Shown here one piece after another: positions 1 to 11,979 of a stretch of 64,000 bases of DNA (positions are counted from its first letter, which is position 1; every line of letters starts with the position of its first letter). The translations under genes were made by a program, and so were the position numbers. Where the stretch lies: positions 27,849,570 through 27,913,569 of the forward strand of contig NC_057739.1 in the NCBI RefSeq assembly GCF_004010195.1. The letters are read 5' to 3'. This stretch comes from Chiloscyllium plagiosum. Taxonomy: Eukaryota. Below the pieces are notes generated by a model. The model made no database searches. It saw only the letters and a program-made list of their open reading frames with translations, and was not told where the DNA came from.

Positions 1-91
1 ATAGTTAGGTCAGGATCACGGTGAAGCAGACTGGGATCACATTTAATTAGGTCAGGATCACAGTGAACCAGACTGGGATCACGGATAGTTA
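1..91. repeat. Tandem repeat, about 42-bp unit, at least 2 copies, truncated by the window edge
   Basis: tagttaggtcaggatcacggtgaagcagactgggatcac recurs at about 1-42 and 43-84, and a third copy starts near 84. Confidence 0.75.
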
Positions 92-303
92 GTCTCCTCC
101 GACCTATCACCCTCACCTTGACCTCTTTCCACCTATCACATTTCCAACGCCCCTCCTCCAAGTCCCTCCTCCCTACCTTTTATCTTCTCCTGCTGAACAC
201 TCTCTGCTCATTCCTGAAGAAGGGCATGTGCCCGAAACGTCGAATCTTCTGTTCCCTAGATGCTGCCTGACCTGCTGTGCTGTTCCAGCAATAAAGTTTC
301 AGC
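92..303 (+). mobile_element. Penelope-like element 3' terminal region
   Basis: Pyrimidine-rich tract followed by ttcctgaagaagggc...gcccgaaacgtcga...gatgctgcctgacctgctg, similar to the end of the Penelope copy at 55510-55716. Confidence 0.75.
210..245 (+). ncRNA. Minimal type I hammerhead ribozyme motif (Penelope-associated)
   Basis: attc-CTGAAGA-a-gggc(atgt)gccc-GAAA-C-GTC-gaat: stem I attc/gaat, stem II gggc/gccc, intact core, palindromic ACGT stem III. Confidence 0.7.
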
Positions 304-304
304 T

Positions 305-765
305 GGCCCTAATCTTACTCTTGTCATTCTCTTATTCCTGACATAGCTATAGAAAGCTTTAGGGTTTTCGTTGATCCTACCTGCTAAAGACTTCTCATGT
401 TCCCTCTTGGTTCTTCTTAGATCTCTCTTTAGGTCCTTCCCGGCTAACTTGTATCTCTCAAGCACCCTAACTGAGTCTTCATGTTTCATCTTTACAAAAG
501 CCTCCTTCTTACTCTTGACAAGAGATTCAACTTCTTTAGCAAACCACAATTCCCTCGCTCGACCATTTCCTCCCTGCCTGACAAGTAGATACTTATTAAG
601 GACACGTGGTAGCTGTTCCTTGAACAAGCTCCACATTTCAATTGTGCCCATCCCCTGTTGTTTCCTTCCCCATCCTACGCATCCTAAATCTTGCTTAATC
701 GCATCATAATTGTCTTTCCCCCAGCTAAAACCCTTTCCATCACCAAAGTAAACGTAACTGAAGTC
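305..765 (-). mobile_element. CR1 LINE ORF2 fragment
   Basis: ORF 256-651 ends ...INENPKAFYSYVRNKRMTRVRLGP, a typical CR1 ORF2 linker, homologous to 13750-14200. Confidence 0.85.
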
Positions 766-1859
766 TTTAATAGTAACATCTAAATCTTAAGTAAAAATTA
801 AAAGATCAGGGATTTTGTCTCCACCCACCCAATTTCTTCTGCTTTTCTCTTTCTTTCAGAATATTACTTTTGTGAACAAAATTCAGAATGTTGCAATTTT
901 TCTCAGTTACTCTTTCAGCTGGCAGTAGACATTCTTCAGGCACATTTTTGTTTCTTTTCTTGCTCTGCCTCCATTGCCTTTGATCCTGAAAGACTAATAC
1001 TTCTGGCATTCAATTTCCCCTGACTTCCACCCTATCACAGACTTTCCTTTTGTCAATGTATCACCCACCTCTTGCTCAAAACCAATTATGTCCCAAACTT
1101 TTCTCAGTTCTGTTGAAAGGTCATGAACCTGTAATGTTAACTCCATTTGTATTTCCACAAACTTGCTGAGTGATTCCAGAAATTTCTGTCTCTATTGCAA
1201 GAAATCATATCATTAGTTACAATTTTGGTCACAATGGCTTAATATTAATCTAGAGGCAGTGCAAAGGAGACCCAAGGATTTCTAGAGTGAAAATGGAAAC
1301 TTAAGGAATATTTGATAAACAGTTTTAAATGACCTTAAAAAAAGTCCATGTAATAAAGTATCTGGCATACAAAGGGTAAATCTGAGGCACTAGTTTGCAG
1401 TTTAGTACAGTAGAATGAGGGAGCACAGAATGAATCAGACAAAAGACCAAGTATTTGCAGTAGAAACTTGAAATATTCAAAGTTACTTGAAAAAGATTGC
1501 TGGAGAGTTACTCTTATATTACTAGGGCTTAAGAATTAATTAAGGAATCAAAAGCTATATTTAACTGTAATGACCAGACCAAGATTCTGGACAACGTGAG
1601 TGAGTAAGATCTGGTTTGTTGCTTTGCACTTTATTCACTGGGAATATTGGTGTGAATTGGTATTCAACACAACATGAATGATTGGAATACAATTTGGTTG
1701 GTTAGAAGTTTGGGGTGGATCAGTCATTGTTTTAACTGTACCAGGCACTTTTAGAGATTGGGTACAAACAAGGTTTGTGTTGTTGTGTGATGCCACTCTC
1801 TTAATTTTTGATGCTCTTCTTTCATTTTAAATTACCACCAAATCACACACAAAATGTAT

Positions 1860-2780
1860 TTACAATTTCATCTTAATTGTGAACAGTTTTGGTCCCTTTA
1901 TCTAAGGCAAGTAATACTGCCATTGGAGGCAGTCCAAAGGAGGTTCTCCAGACTGATCCCAGGAATATGCGGATTCTTTTATAAGGAGAGGTTGAATAGG
2001 TTGGACCTGTACAAATTGGAGTTAAGAATATTCACTGGACTACAATGTACAAGGAGCTCAGACTATAACAAATCATTTAAAACATTGTTAAAAAGTCAAC
2101 ATAAGGATAGAAAAATAGAAAATATACATCTAATCATAAATTGTGCCCAGTTTTTACAATAGAGACAGAATATTCCTTGCAATAGAGACAGAAATTTCTG
2201 GAATCACTCAGCAGGTTATTGTGCTGTTAAATTGTGCCCAGTTTTTACAGGTTATCGACAAATTAGAAATGTTTAAGAATATCATCAGGAAAGTGAAAGG
2301 CGTCACTGAAATCATATACCTGTGTGACCTGTACTTTAGCTAGAAATGTTCCATTTCCAACGTCCAGACATAAACATTACAATCATCTAAACCTGTCATT
2401 GAAACATAAGATCTTAGTTGGTTTGACAGGATAGATCTGGAGAAGGTGTTTCTCTTTGATGGAGAGTCAAGGACCAGAAAGCATCATCTCAGAGAAAAAG
2501 GTTATCTATATAAAACAGATTTGAGGAGGAATTTCTTCTCTTAGATGGTTTCGAATCTGTGGAATTCTTAACTACAGTAAACTGTAGAGGCTGTGTTGTT
2601 AAATATATTCACAGCTGAGATAGACAGAATTTTAAATCAGTAACGGAATCAAGTGTTTTGGAGGAAAGCCAGGAACATGGAATTGAAGATTATCAGACTA
2701 GTCACGAACTCATTGAATGGCATAGCCAACTTGATAGGCTGATTGGCCTTCTTCTGCTGCAGTGTCTTCTGTCTTATAAT
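1860..2780 (+). mobile_element. Old CR1 3' fragment, interrupted at about 2025-2402
   Basis: QFWSLYLRQVILPLEAVQRRFSRLIPG is the CR1 C-terminus; the element resumes at attgaaacataagatc near 2400. Confidence 0.8.
2320..2400 (-). pseudogene. Decayed partial duplicate of WDR38 coding exon 2 (pseudo-exon)
   Basis: ctgtgtgacc...tactttag...ttccattt...ccagaca...attacaatcatct.aacctgt aligns to 4729-4808 with indels; the GT donor is retained. Confidence 0.8.
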
Positions 2781-3152
2781 GTGGAGACAGGGAGAGTACA
2801 TTCAAATCCATGTCACCATATATGGCAAAGTGCTGATAGTAATAGGTCTGAGAGTCAAAGGGTCAAGGTTTGCTTATAACAAAGCAACAACATAGACCAG
2901 CCCATCCCAAATTTCCAACCTCACAAAATTAAGACAGAACAAACCATAAAATCAGATGGTGCTGACTACCATACACTTTTGATCTGACCAAGCTTGTACT
3001 GGAGATGGAAATTCAGTCAATTCAATATTTGAAAACTGGTTCATACAAATTTGTTTTTTATCCCTGTTTCACACCTTTTGGCCATGTGGCTGGAGAAAAA
3101 TATGTCCTTCCCTCTGGTATAATGTAATCAGGGTAGTTTCACATACAGATAC

Positions 3153-3269
3153 CTTGTAGAATGTGCAGACACTGTCCTGTTTTTGTGCTCCATATTCTTG
3201 CGGTACAATCAGAAGACCCACTCGCAAAGAGCTTAGAGTCATTGGAGAATGCGCAAGCCTTCACTGGGC
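3153..3269 (-). CDS. WDR38: WDR38 coding exon 3 (WD40 repeat)
   Basis: AG|GC CCA GTG... encodes (G)PVKACAFSNDSKLFASGSSDCTARIWSTKTGQCLHILQ(G)|GT; 117 nt, phase 1-1. Confidence 0.88.
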
Positions 3270-4728
3270 CTATTTGAGTAGAAGTAACACACAGAAATAT
3301 TCACATTCCATTATTACACAGCATATAGCATTACATAGCCAAGCAAATGTGATTCTAAACAATTCTGATACAAGTGCAGCATGACGAAAATGGCCCACTC
3401 TTGTGAACAATGCCACAGTTAACAAACCCAAGTAAGATCTTAATCTAAGTATTTCTCTATCAACTATGAACATGGTTACAGCAAACTGTTTTTAGCTGGA
3501 TTCTATTAATGTTACATTTAATGCCATCATTTGAAAAATCCAAGTATATTAAATTGCAGAGGGAATTGCGCTGAATGAGGATATCTTAGCATCTGCAATG
3601 AATTCTGATCTTCTCTTGCTCAGCAAGCCTAATACTTTCAGAAGACAGATTCATCCCCAGCTTTTTCCATCTGTTCCTGCCTCTGGTCTCACTGTTATTG
3701 AGCCTGCTGACCATCTGTAGTTTATACTGATCAGTAACAGCAATGACATTAATGAAGCTCCTATCCAATGCTACTGGCTCTAATATGGTCAACTAATTTC
3801 TGTCAAATGTTCTGATCCACATCTTAGCTATTGTGATTCTTCGCAAATTAAGAAGTCAGACACTCCTTCGGTATTATAACTGCCATTGCCAATTCCCATC
3901 ATTTTGTTAAGTTGTAGTACAACAATAGTTCACTGTTATTTTCCTGAGCATCAATCATTAGCTAAATCCCCTCAAAGGCCTGCAATAACACAAAGATTCC
4001 CACCATTGGCCAAAATGCCTTTCAAATGCAGCACTTGATACATTGCTGAGCCTGCTGCAGATTCAGAAATGTGCAAATCAGATACATGCACAAACAGGTT
4101 CAGGTACAAATTCCTACTGAGGGGAAATTAGCTTATTTATGCATTCATAATGATGGACTTCTAAGAAACAATAGTACAAATTACAAGTTGCTGTATCAGT
4201 GAGCATATATTTATTCTGTAATCGTTCCAATAACAGTATGAAGTATAGTCAATCCCACTTACAAATCTTGTGGTGATTTCTCTGTTACCACATAATAGTA
4301 ACATATAAACAAATCAACAGCTTTCTCTTCCTTTTACCATATTAATATAGCAATGCTTAGAGTCTAAAACAATGGATTTATGATTGTATTAGAAATAGTA
4401 ACCACAGCAAATCTTTTCTTCAATGGTATTAATGTGGCTTCTGTGTTTTAAATGGAGTTATTCACTAACAAAGAAATTTGACCAGAATATTACTGACAAT
4501 GGTCAAACCCGTTTAGAGATATTCATTGAGCCACAACATATAAGCAACTCAACCTATATCAAATCATTGAAAATTTTAAAAAACTACACTACACATAAAA
4601 ATAGAAAAATACAAAATATGCATCATATACAAGGCTGTGAAATTGTGTTCAGCTGTTAATGGTTATGGGCAAATTACAAATGTGTTAAGAATTTCAGGCA
4701 AATGAAATACATCAATGAAATCTTGTAC

Positions 4729-4849
4729 CTGTGTGACCCTTTACTTTAGAAAGAAGCTTTCCATTTTTAACATCCCAGACACAGAGATTACAATCATCTG
4801 AACCTGTTAATAGAAGCTGGCTGTCACGAGAGAATATGCAGTGGTTCAC
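4729..4849 (-). CDS. WDR38: WDR38 coding exon 2 (WD40 repeat)
   Basis: CAG|VNHCIFSRDSQLLLTGSDDCNLCVWDVKNGKLLSKVKGHT(G)|GTACAA; 121 nt; resembles human WDR38 as recalled; adjacent to RPL35. Confidence 0.88.
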
Positions 4850-5104
4850 CTGCACAAAATAAACCATTTCATAAGAAGGTATATCAATCAGCTCGGCTTC
4901 AGTTAGCCTCATAGATTTTCAAACACCAGTGGAGTTTTAAACTGTTTCAAACTAAGTCATTTAAAAAAGCACAACATTTTAAAGCTTTACAACAGGAAGA
5001 GACAGAATATTCCCACCATACGTTTTTTCAGATGTGAGACCATTTTTGGTTCAATTCACAGGAATACAACTCACTCCTGGGGATGGTAGTTTTTAAAAAA
5101 GATA

Positions 5105-5400
5105 ATGGAGTTGTTGGCTAGGCCAGCATTTATTGTTCAGAGGGAATTTGAGAGTCAACTGCATTGCTGTGGGTCTGGAATCGCATGTATGCCAGACCAG
5201 ATAAGGTTGGCAGTTTCCCTCCCTTAGTTGAACCAGTTTTTGGGTTTTTCTGACAACAATGGATTCATAGTCATCATTAGACTTTTAATTCCAGATTTTT
5301 ATTTTATTGAATTCAAATTCCACTATCTGCTGTGGCAAGATTTGAACCCCGGTCCCCTGAATCTCTGGATTAACAGCCCAGTGATAATATCACTAGCTAT
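5105..5400 (-). mobile_element. SINE, probably DeuSINE/SacSINE1-like
   Basis: Reverse complement shares tccagacccacagcaa...gttgactctc and ggttcaaatc (B-box) with the copy at 25750-26290. Confidence 0.55.
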
Positions 5401-5827
5401 TGCAGAGATAAGTAACAATGCCCCTGACTAGGTTGATTAGAAAATGACTAATGCTCACTCTTCAATCAATTTATGTTCTAAACGATCTGTTCAGAGATAT
5501 TATGACTCACCTCTGGAGCGCAGGTGGATTTGAACTCAGGCCTTCTGGCTTGAAGTTGTGGATACTACCACAAGAGCCCATTCTTCAATTAATCTATCTG
5601 AGCTAACTAATTAACAGCCCACCTCTGCGTTCCTCCTCGAACTTGGGAGGTGGAATAGAGTAATACTGTTGTTCTAGAAGAGGCAGGACATGTGATTAAA
5701 GAGTATACATGTTCCGGAAAATTTACTAGCACTTGGCTTATTGAGGAAACAGCCACACAGAAATCATGACGATACCAAGAAAAGCTGTTTCACAAGCCTC
5801 TTGCTCTTATCTGAAAGCCTAGCTGAG

Positions 5828-6182
5828 AATCATAGAATCCCTGTAGTGCACAACGAGGTCCTTCAGCCCATCAAGTCTGCACCGACCCTGTGAAGAGCAA
5901 CTCACCCAGGCCACTCTTCCCCCCACAACACACTACCTTACATTTCCCATGGCTATTCCACCTAGACTGCACAAACCTGGACACTATTGGCAATTTAGCA
6001 TGGCCAAGCCACCTAACCTGCACATCTTTGGACTGGAGGAAGAAACCTGAGCACCCAGTGGACACCCTTGCAGACATGGGGAGAATGTGCACACTCCACA
6101 CTGTCATCCAAGACTGGAATCGAAGCCAGGTTGCCGGTGCTGTGAGGCAGCAGTATTAACCACTGAGTCACTGTGTGCCCAA
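5828..6182 (-). mobile_element. HE1-type tRNA-derived SINE
   Basis: Minus strand reads gggcacacagtgactcagtggtta..ctgctgcctcacagc..ttcgattcc..gtgtggagt.tgcacattctcccc.., followed by a CR1-like tail. Confidence 0.85.
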
Positions 6183-6499
6183 GGGGTACAGACTGAGGGA
6201 CTGAGTGCAGGAGGAAGAGGACTTCCAAAACAAGCAGACATGGACCAAGAAAGTTGGCAGCAGATGTTTGGCATCTCTAACCTGGAGACAGTGAATCCTG
6301 AGGAACAAGGACCTTAGGAAGGTATGTCAGGCAAGTGGCATGACACTGAATTGCCTGGCGTTCTCCTGCACTCCTTAGGTTCACACACCTTGCAGCTTTA
6401 TAGACTCCTCTCTCTGCAGGTACCTCATCTCCCCATCTGAGCAGCCAGTACTTCTGTTCACCCACAGTCTAATGCTCGCTCAAGCTTACACCTCACAAA

Positions 6500-9400
6500 T
6501 AACACACAAAAATATTGCCCTTCATTCTTTTGAGTACAATCCATTTGAAATACTCCTACCATCTTGTTTTCTCTTTTTGCAAAAAAATCAACATAACTTC
6601 TCATAAGTCCAAAATCCACAATGTGGAAAGCAAAGTGTAGGTCTCCAGTGACAGGCATCTTGTTAGTTGTTGTTAATGTATAGCAAGTTGGCCCACTGGG
6701 AAGGCAGTCTTGCACCATAAGGATCCAGCTGTAAGTAGTGATCTAAAGTGAGTGTCTGACACACATGTGAATCTGATGCTCAGACATGTCAAAAGAACTG
6801 GTCCTCTACCTGTGTCTTAGTGGCTATCCCTTCAGCTGCAAGTGGAAAGCCCTTTGTCTTTGAACCTCTTAGATTATTGTCTGCATAATAATTTATTTTT
6901 ATCACACTCACTACTGTAGGGGGGTCCTGTGATGCAGTGGGTGTTCAGGTCCCTCCTGCCCCAAAGGTGTGAACTAACATTTCCAAATGGGTTTTGTTCA
7001 GCTGTTTGCATTGGCAGCACTGTCACCTGGAAAGTACTTGACGAGGGGATTCAGTGTACAGGAAGTTATTATGTTTGTGGGTCTGGTCTCTTCCGGCCAT
7101 AGTAAGTCAAACATGGTTCTCAGTTGAACATTAAGAATGCCAGAGAGCACTGGGTTGTTGTGTGTGGTGTATTTCTGTACACGCTGAGGAACCTGTTGAA
7201 TCACTGTCTGAGTAAACCCTCCCCTTGTGAGGCCTTTACGGCCTGATTCAAGGTTTGAATAAATTTCTTCACCTGGCCACTTGTCGCAGGATGATAAAAA
7301 ACCGATCTCATGTGTCTGACTTTGTGATCTTTCATGTACTCCTTGAATTCTTGCATCACAAACTGCAGACCATTGTCACTCACAAATTGTTCAGGGTTCT
7401 CAAACTGGCAAATCTTTCATCTAGTCAGTCTACCATTGTTTCCATTGATACCAACTTCATTACCGCCAGCTCAGGCCACTTGAAGTGGGCATCTAAGACC
7501 ACTAGTAACATCCATCCCTCTACTGGTCCCATGAAATTCATGTGAATATGCTGCCACGGTGAATGAGGCCATTCCCATGGACAAAGGGGACAACGATGGT
7601 GCTGCCTGCCTTATTAATGCACAGGATTGGCATATCCCACTTTATCCTCAATATGGGAGTCCACTTTCTGCACCAAAGGTAGTTCCTGGTTATCGCCTTC
7701 ATTCGCCAGGGTACCCTTGGTGCATTTGTTCCTCTTAACAGGGGAGGGTTAACAACTCTCATTCTCTTCATTAAACACCCATCTGATACGAACAGCTCCC
7801 ATCTTCTTACCTGGACAGGTAAGGATGTAATTCTGGATAGTTTCTATGATAAATCCTTCCTGTCAGGAGTAAGCCCATTCGACTCAATACAGGTAGCATT
7901 CTGCACCTAACTCGCTGACACAGGTACCTTGTCTTCATGGGAAAAGTACATAATTTTCAGGTTCCAGTCAGGAACATCCTTATTTCCTGGTAGCGTTAAC
8001 TTTGACAAAGTATCTGCACTGCTGTGCTTCTCCAATTGTCAGTACCTTATTTCATAGGAGTAGGCTGGCAGAGCCAGTGCCACCTGTGCACGTGTGCTGC
8101 CATTATTGATGGTATTCCCAAGTCCAGACCAATATTGGAGGTTAGTGTCTGTCAGCAGCATGAAGTACTGTCATAAAGGAAGTGGGTGAACTTCTTAACG
8201 CCAAACACGATGCCCAATCCTTCCTGTTCCACTTGGGCATAATTCTCCACTGTCTTTGTCAGTGACTTCAATGCGAATACAATGGGCCTTTTCTCTTCAT
8301 TTGGCAAGATGAATGATAGTACAGTAGAGTAGAGTAGCTTTTATTTGTCATTTCTACCATATACAACTGATTCAGTAAAAACAAGACAGCGTTCCTCCAG
8401 TACCGAGGGTGCTACATTGACAGCACAAACTACACAATCGTACACAGAATAAAGTGCATAAGTGCAAAACACACAAGTTACAGTGTGACAGAGGAATGAT
8501 GAATAACAGACATTTTTCTAGCAACAGACATTTTTCTAGCAAAAGAATTTCATATGGGAAGGAGTCTGATTATAACTGTGTTAAGGAGCCTGACAGCTTG
8601 GGGAAGAAACTGTTGCACAGTCTGGTGGTAAAAGACCGTATCCTCCAGTATGTTCTGCCAGATAGCAGAAGGGACAAGAGTTTGAGTGAGGGGTGTGTTG
8701 GGTCTTCCACAATGCTCTTAGCCTTTGGATGCAGTGTGATGGAAATGTTTGTAATGGAGGGAAGAGAGACTCCGATGATCTTCTCAGCCGTCCTTACTGT
8801 CTGGTGTAGGGTCTTACAATCTGAGATGGTGCAATTCCCGAACCAGGCAGTGATGCAACAGCTAAGGGTACTCTCAATGAACCCTCTGTAGAATGTGTTG
8901 AGGATGGGGGGTGGGAGATGGGCTTTCCTCAGCCTGCGCAGAAAGTAGAGACACTGATGTGCTTTCTTGGCTATGAAGCTGGTGTTGAGGGTCTAAATGA
9001 GATTCTCCAGGTGAGCACCAACCCCATTATTGTAGTGGCAACTTTGGATTGAAACGAGTCAAAACTTCTGGTCTTTTTAGGGCTTGCTTCACCTCACGAT
9101 AAGCCTCCTACATTTGTGGGTCCATTTCCACAGTTGCCCTTTTCCCAGCAACTAATGTAAGTGTTTTAACACAGTTGCCAGATCAGACACAGACTTGTCA
9201 TAATAATTTACAAGCCCAAGAACATTCTCAGTTGAGACATATTTTCTGGTCCAGGAGCCTTCATGATAGACTCTATCTTCTTGGGTGCCTTGTGTAGTTC
9301 CTCATCGAATACATGGCCCTGGTACTCTACGGAATCTTTTTTAAAAAACTCACATTTCTTCCTTTATACTTGAGATTTCTCCTCTTCAAAGGATCCAGCA

Positions 9401-10650
9401 ACCACAATATCATCCAAATAACACTGGATTCCAGGCAATCCACTCAAAATTTGATCCATGGCTCTCTAGGACAGAGCTGGCGCTGATGTGATGCCCCTTG
9501 TAGCAGAACAGATCCGGTGTGTCACTATTGTTGGTGGCACCTGGGACTCCTTTATGAGCCCTATCTGTAGGTGGGCCTGTGACAGATACACTTTTGAAAA
9601 TTTTTTTCCCCCAGCCAGTCCACTGAATAGCTCTTCAATGAGTGGAAATAGGTACTGATCCGCACACAGGGCTGGGCTGACTGCCACCTTAAAGTCACCA
9701 CAAACCCCTACAATGCCATTTGGTTTGAAGACAGGAATGATGAGAGTGGCCCATTCATTGATGGTTACACTCCCAGATTCTCCAGCCATTCCAGTTCTGC
9801 CTCCACTTTAAACTAGATGGTATAAGGTACTGGACATGTCTCAGGCTCCTTGGATAAACCTCCTGCTTCAACCAAAATTTAATCTCTATTCCTTTCATTT
9901 CTGCAGGGTTCCCTTGAAACTTTATATCTGTCTGAAATCTCTTGCAAACTCATTTTTGAGCCCTCCAGCCTATTAACTATGCCCCAATTTAACTTTAGTT
10001 TTTGGAACCAGGAGCACCTGGATAATGCAGGGTAGTTGCTTTTCACTACACACAGAAGCAATTCAACACACTGATGCCTTAACCATACTTTTACCAATAA
10101 ATAGCCTTTCAGTAGCATCACTTGTTCCATGCATGTCTGTAGTGTAAACTTGGCTAACTTCAGTAACATGCCTTTAATATTTCCTTATATATTGATTCGG
10201 GAATCAGAGACACGACTGCAACTGTATCCACTTCCATCTTTTTAATCTACATCTCTACTTTGTGGAGAACCTAGAAATGATAAGCTTCACCTTGTATCAA
10301 CAGGGTGTTTAACCGGAACTCTACTGACCTTCTGCTGGTCCTGCACAGCTGGCTGACTCCTGGTCTACTCTCTGGCTGGCAGCATGTACTTTATTCCTTG
10401 TCCTCTGAATTGCCTCCTTTAGATACCCCTTCTCTTGCTTGGGTTGTACCTGGCAATTTTGGGCAAAATTGCCCCATTTACTTACACTTGCAGCACTGGG
10501 CTTATCAAGTTCAACACATTGCCTCCCCCTCCCCCCCCCCCCCCCTTGTGGACACTCTTGCCACATCAGCAGTATTCTCTGGTTGGTACTGCACTTTGCT
10601 GACTTTATGCACCTGGATGTCATCACTAAATGGCTGTGAAAAGAAGTCTG
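6500..10650 (-). mobile_element. Decayed Ty3/Gypsy LTR retrotransposon (protease-RT-RNase H-integrase)
   Basis: Protease KMEVDTVAVVSLIP (about 10200-10240), RT WATLIIPVFKPNG..VCGDFK and CYLDDIVV (about 9400-9425), RNase H YAQVEQEGLGIVFGVKKF (about 8190-8240), integrase SDNGLQF..YHPATSGQ (7201-7383); many stops and frameshifts. Confidence 0.88.
8325..9010 (-). mobile_element. 5'-truncated non-LTR element (Rex1/Babar-like) nested in the Gypsy pol gene
   Basis: Interrupts the RNase H region; (agagt)n tail at 8325-8337 followed by tttattt; family assignment is by recognition only. Confidence 0.6.
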
Positions 10651-11230
10651 TTGGGTCTTCTGTGTATAAATGTATGTGAATCAGCACATAAAATTTTTAG
10701 GCAGCAGTTAGAATATTGAATCCAGTTTTGGATACTCTCATTTAGAAAGATCGTTGAGTAGGTACAGAAGCTAATCCCAGGGTAGGAGGCTTTAATCGGG
10801 AAGAGAGACTAAGAAAATTGGAACCCTTCTGACCAGAACAGGGATGTTCAGTACAGATCTAAGGAAAATTATGACTTGAAAAAAAACTATTCTCACTGAT
10901 ATGCGTTAGAGAAAGTTCTAAGATTATCAGCAAATGAATAAAAAAAAATATGTAGACATCATTTTGCGTAGATTGTTAGGAAACAGAATCCATAACAGCT
11001 TTTTTTTTAAAGGGGAGTGGATAAATATTTGGAAAGTTATTCTATTAAAAGCCATAAGAACGAATTGAAGTGGATAGCTGAGGATGTTGACCTCTCTCTG
11101 TGCTGTTAAACAATATGATGCAATGGATCACCATGATTTTTCTTATGACTACATACAGACAATAAATATTTGAAATATACAATAAATTTTCTAACATTTC
11201 AGATTAAAAGACAATTACTTTGCTGCTTAC

Positions 11231-11299
11231 CTCTGCTTGATGTGAGGATAAGTATTTCACAGAAACATTGTTCAAGTATGAGGTTAGTTTCTTCCACAT
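11231..11299 (-). CDS. WDR38: WDR38 coding exon 1
   Basis: ATG..MWKKLTSYLNNVSVKYLSSHQAE|GTAAGC; 23 codons, phase 0 joins exon 2; resembles the human N-terminus ending VKFFGQHGGE as recalled. Confidence 0.75.
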
Positions 11300-11979
11300 G
11301 GTTAATTGATACAGCTGACTTTTTTGTATTTATTTAATATTTCCACCATTGCCATTGATCAGATGACAAGCAAGTTTCAGCAGATTCTTGGCCCATTACA
11401 CGTAGTATATCCACTATTCCACTATAAACTATGAGGAACGATGCTTTAGCAAGAATGGGGTGACGTTGATGCTGAATGGCTTCAGTTACTTGTGGACAGC
11501 CAAAAGCTTGCTGAGAGATATCCAACAGGGTGTGACTGCAAACAATATTTGCATTCAGTAAACTTTGCCTGAGTCTACTTTATATTAATAAGGCAAGGTC
11601 AATTACTCAATAATCAGCAGTTGGACCCAATTATCCAAACATATTTCATTCATTAACCATTAGTGTTGAAAGCCAGAACAAAGAATATAACCTTCAAATT
11701 ATGCTTGAAGTTGTTCAGAATGATATTAGCAAATATTTCGAACAAAGTCATTGCCAGATTGGAAACTAACCAAGGTCAGTGAGCACATGGGAGATAAGTG
11801 AATGGGATTTGATGTCTGTGAAGACAGCAGGATTTTGGAGGAAGTGATATTGCACAGAAGAGATAACTTTGGAAGCTGCCAGGAGACCATGGAATTGTTC
11901 AGTCTGGAGACGGCTGAGTAAGTGAAGTAATATATTTGGGTGGCTGTTTTACCTGAAATATTACTTAGGCAGTGTCTCC

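Noticed and set aside
1-91. CRISPR-like repeat array
   Set aside because: Eukaryotic context, no unique spacers and no cas genes
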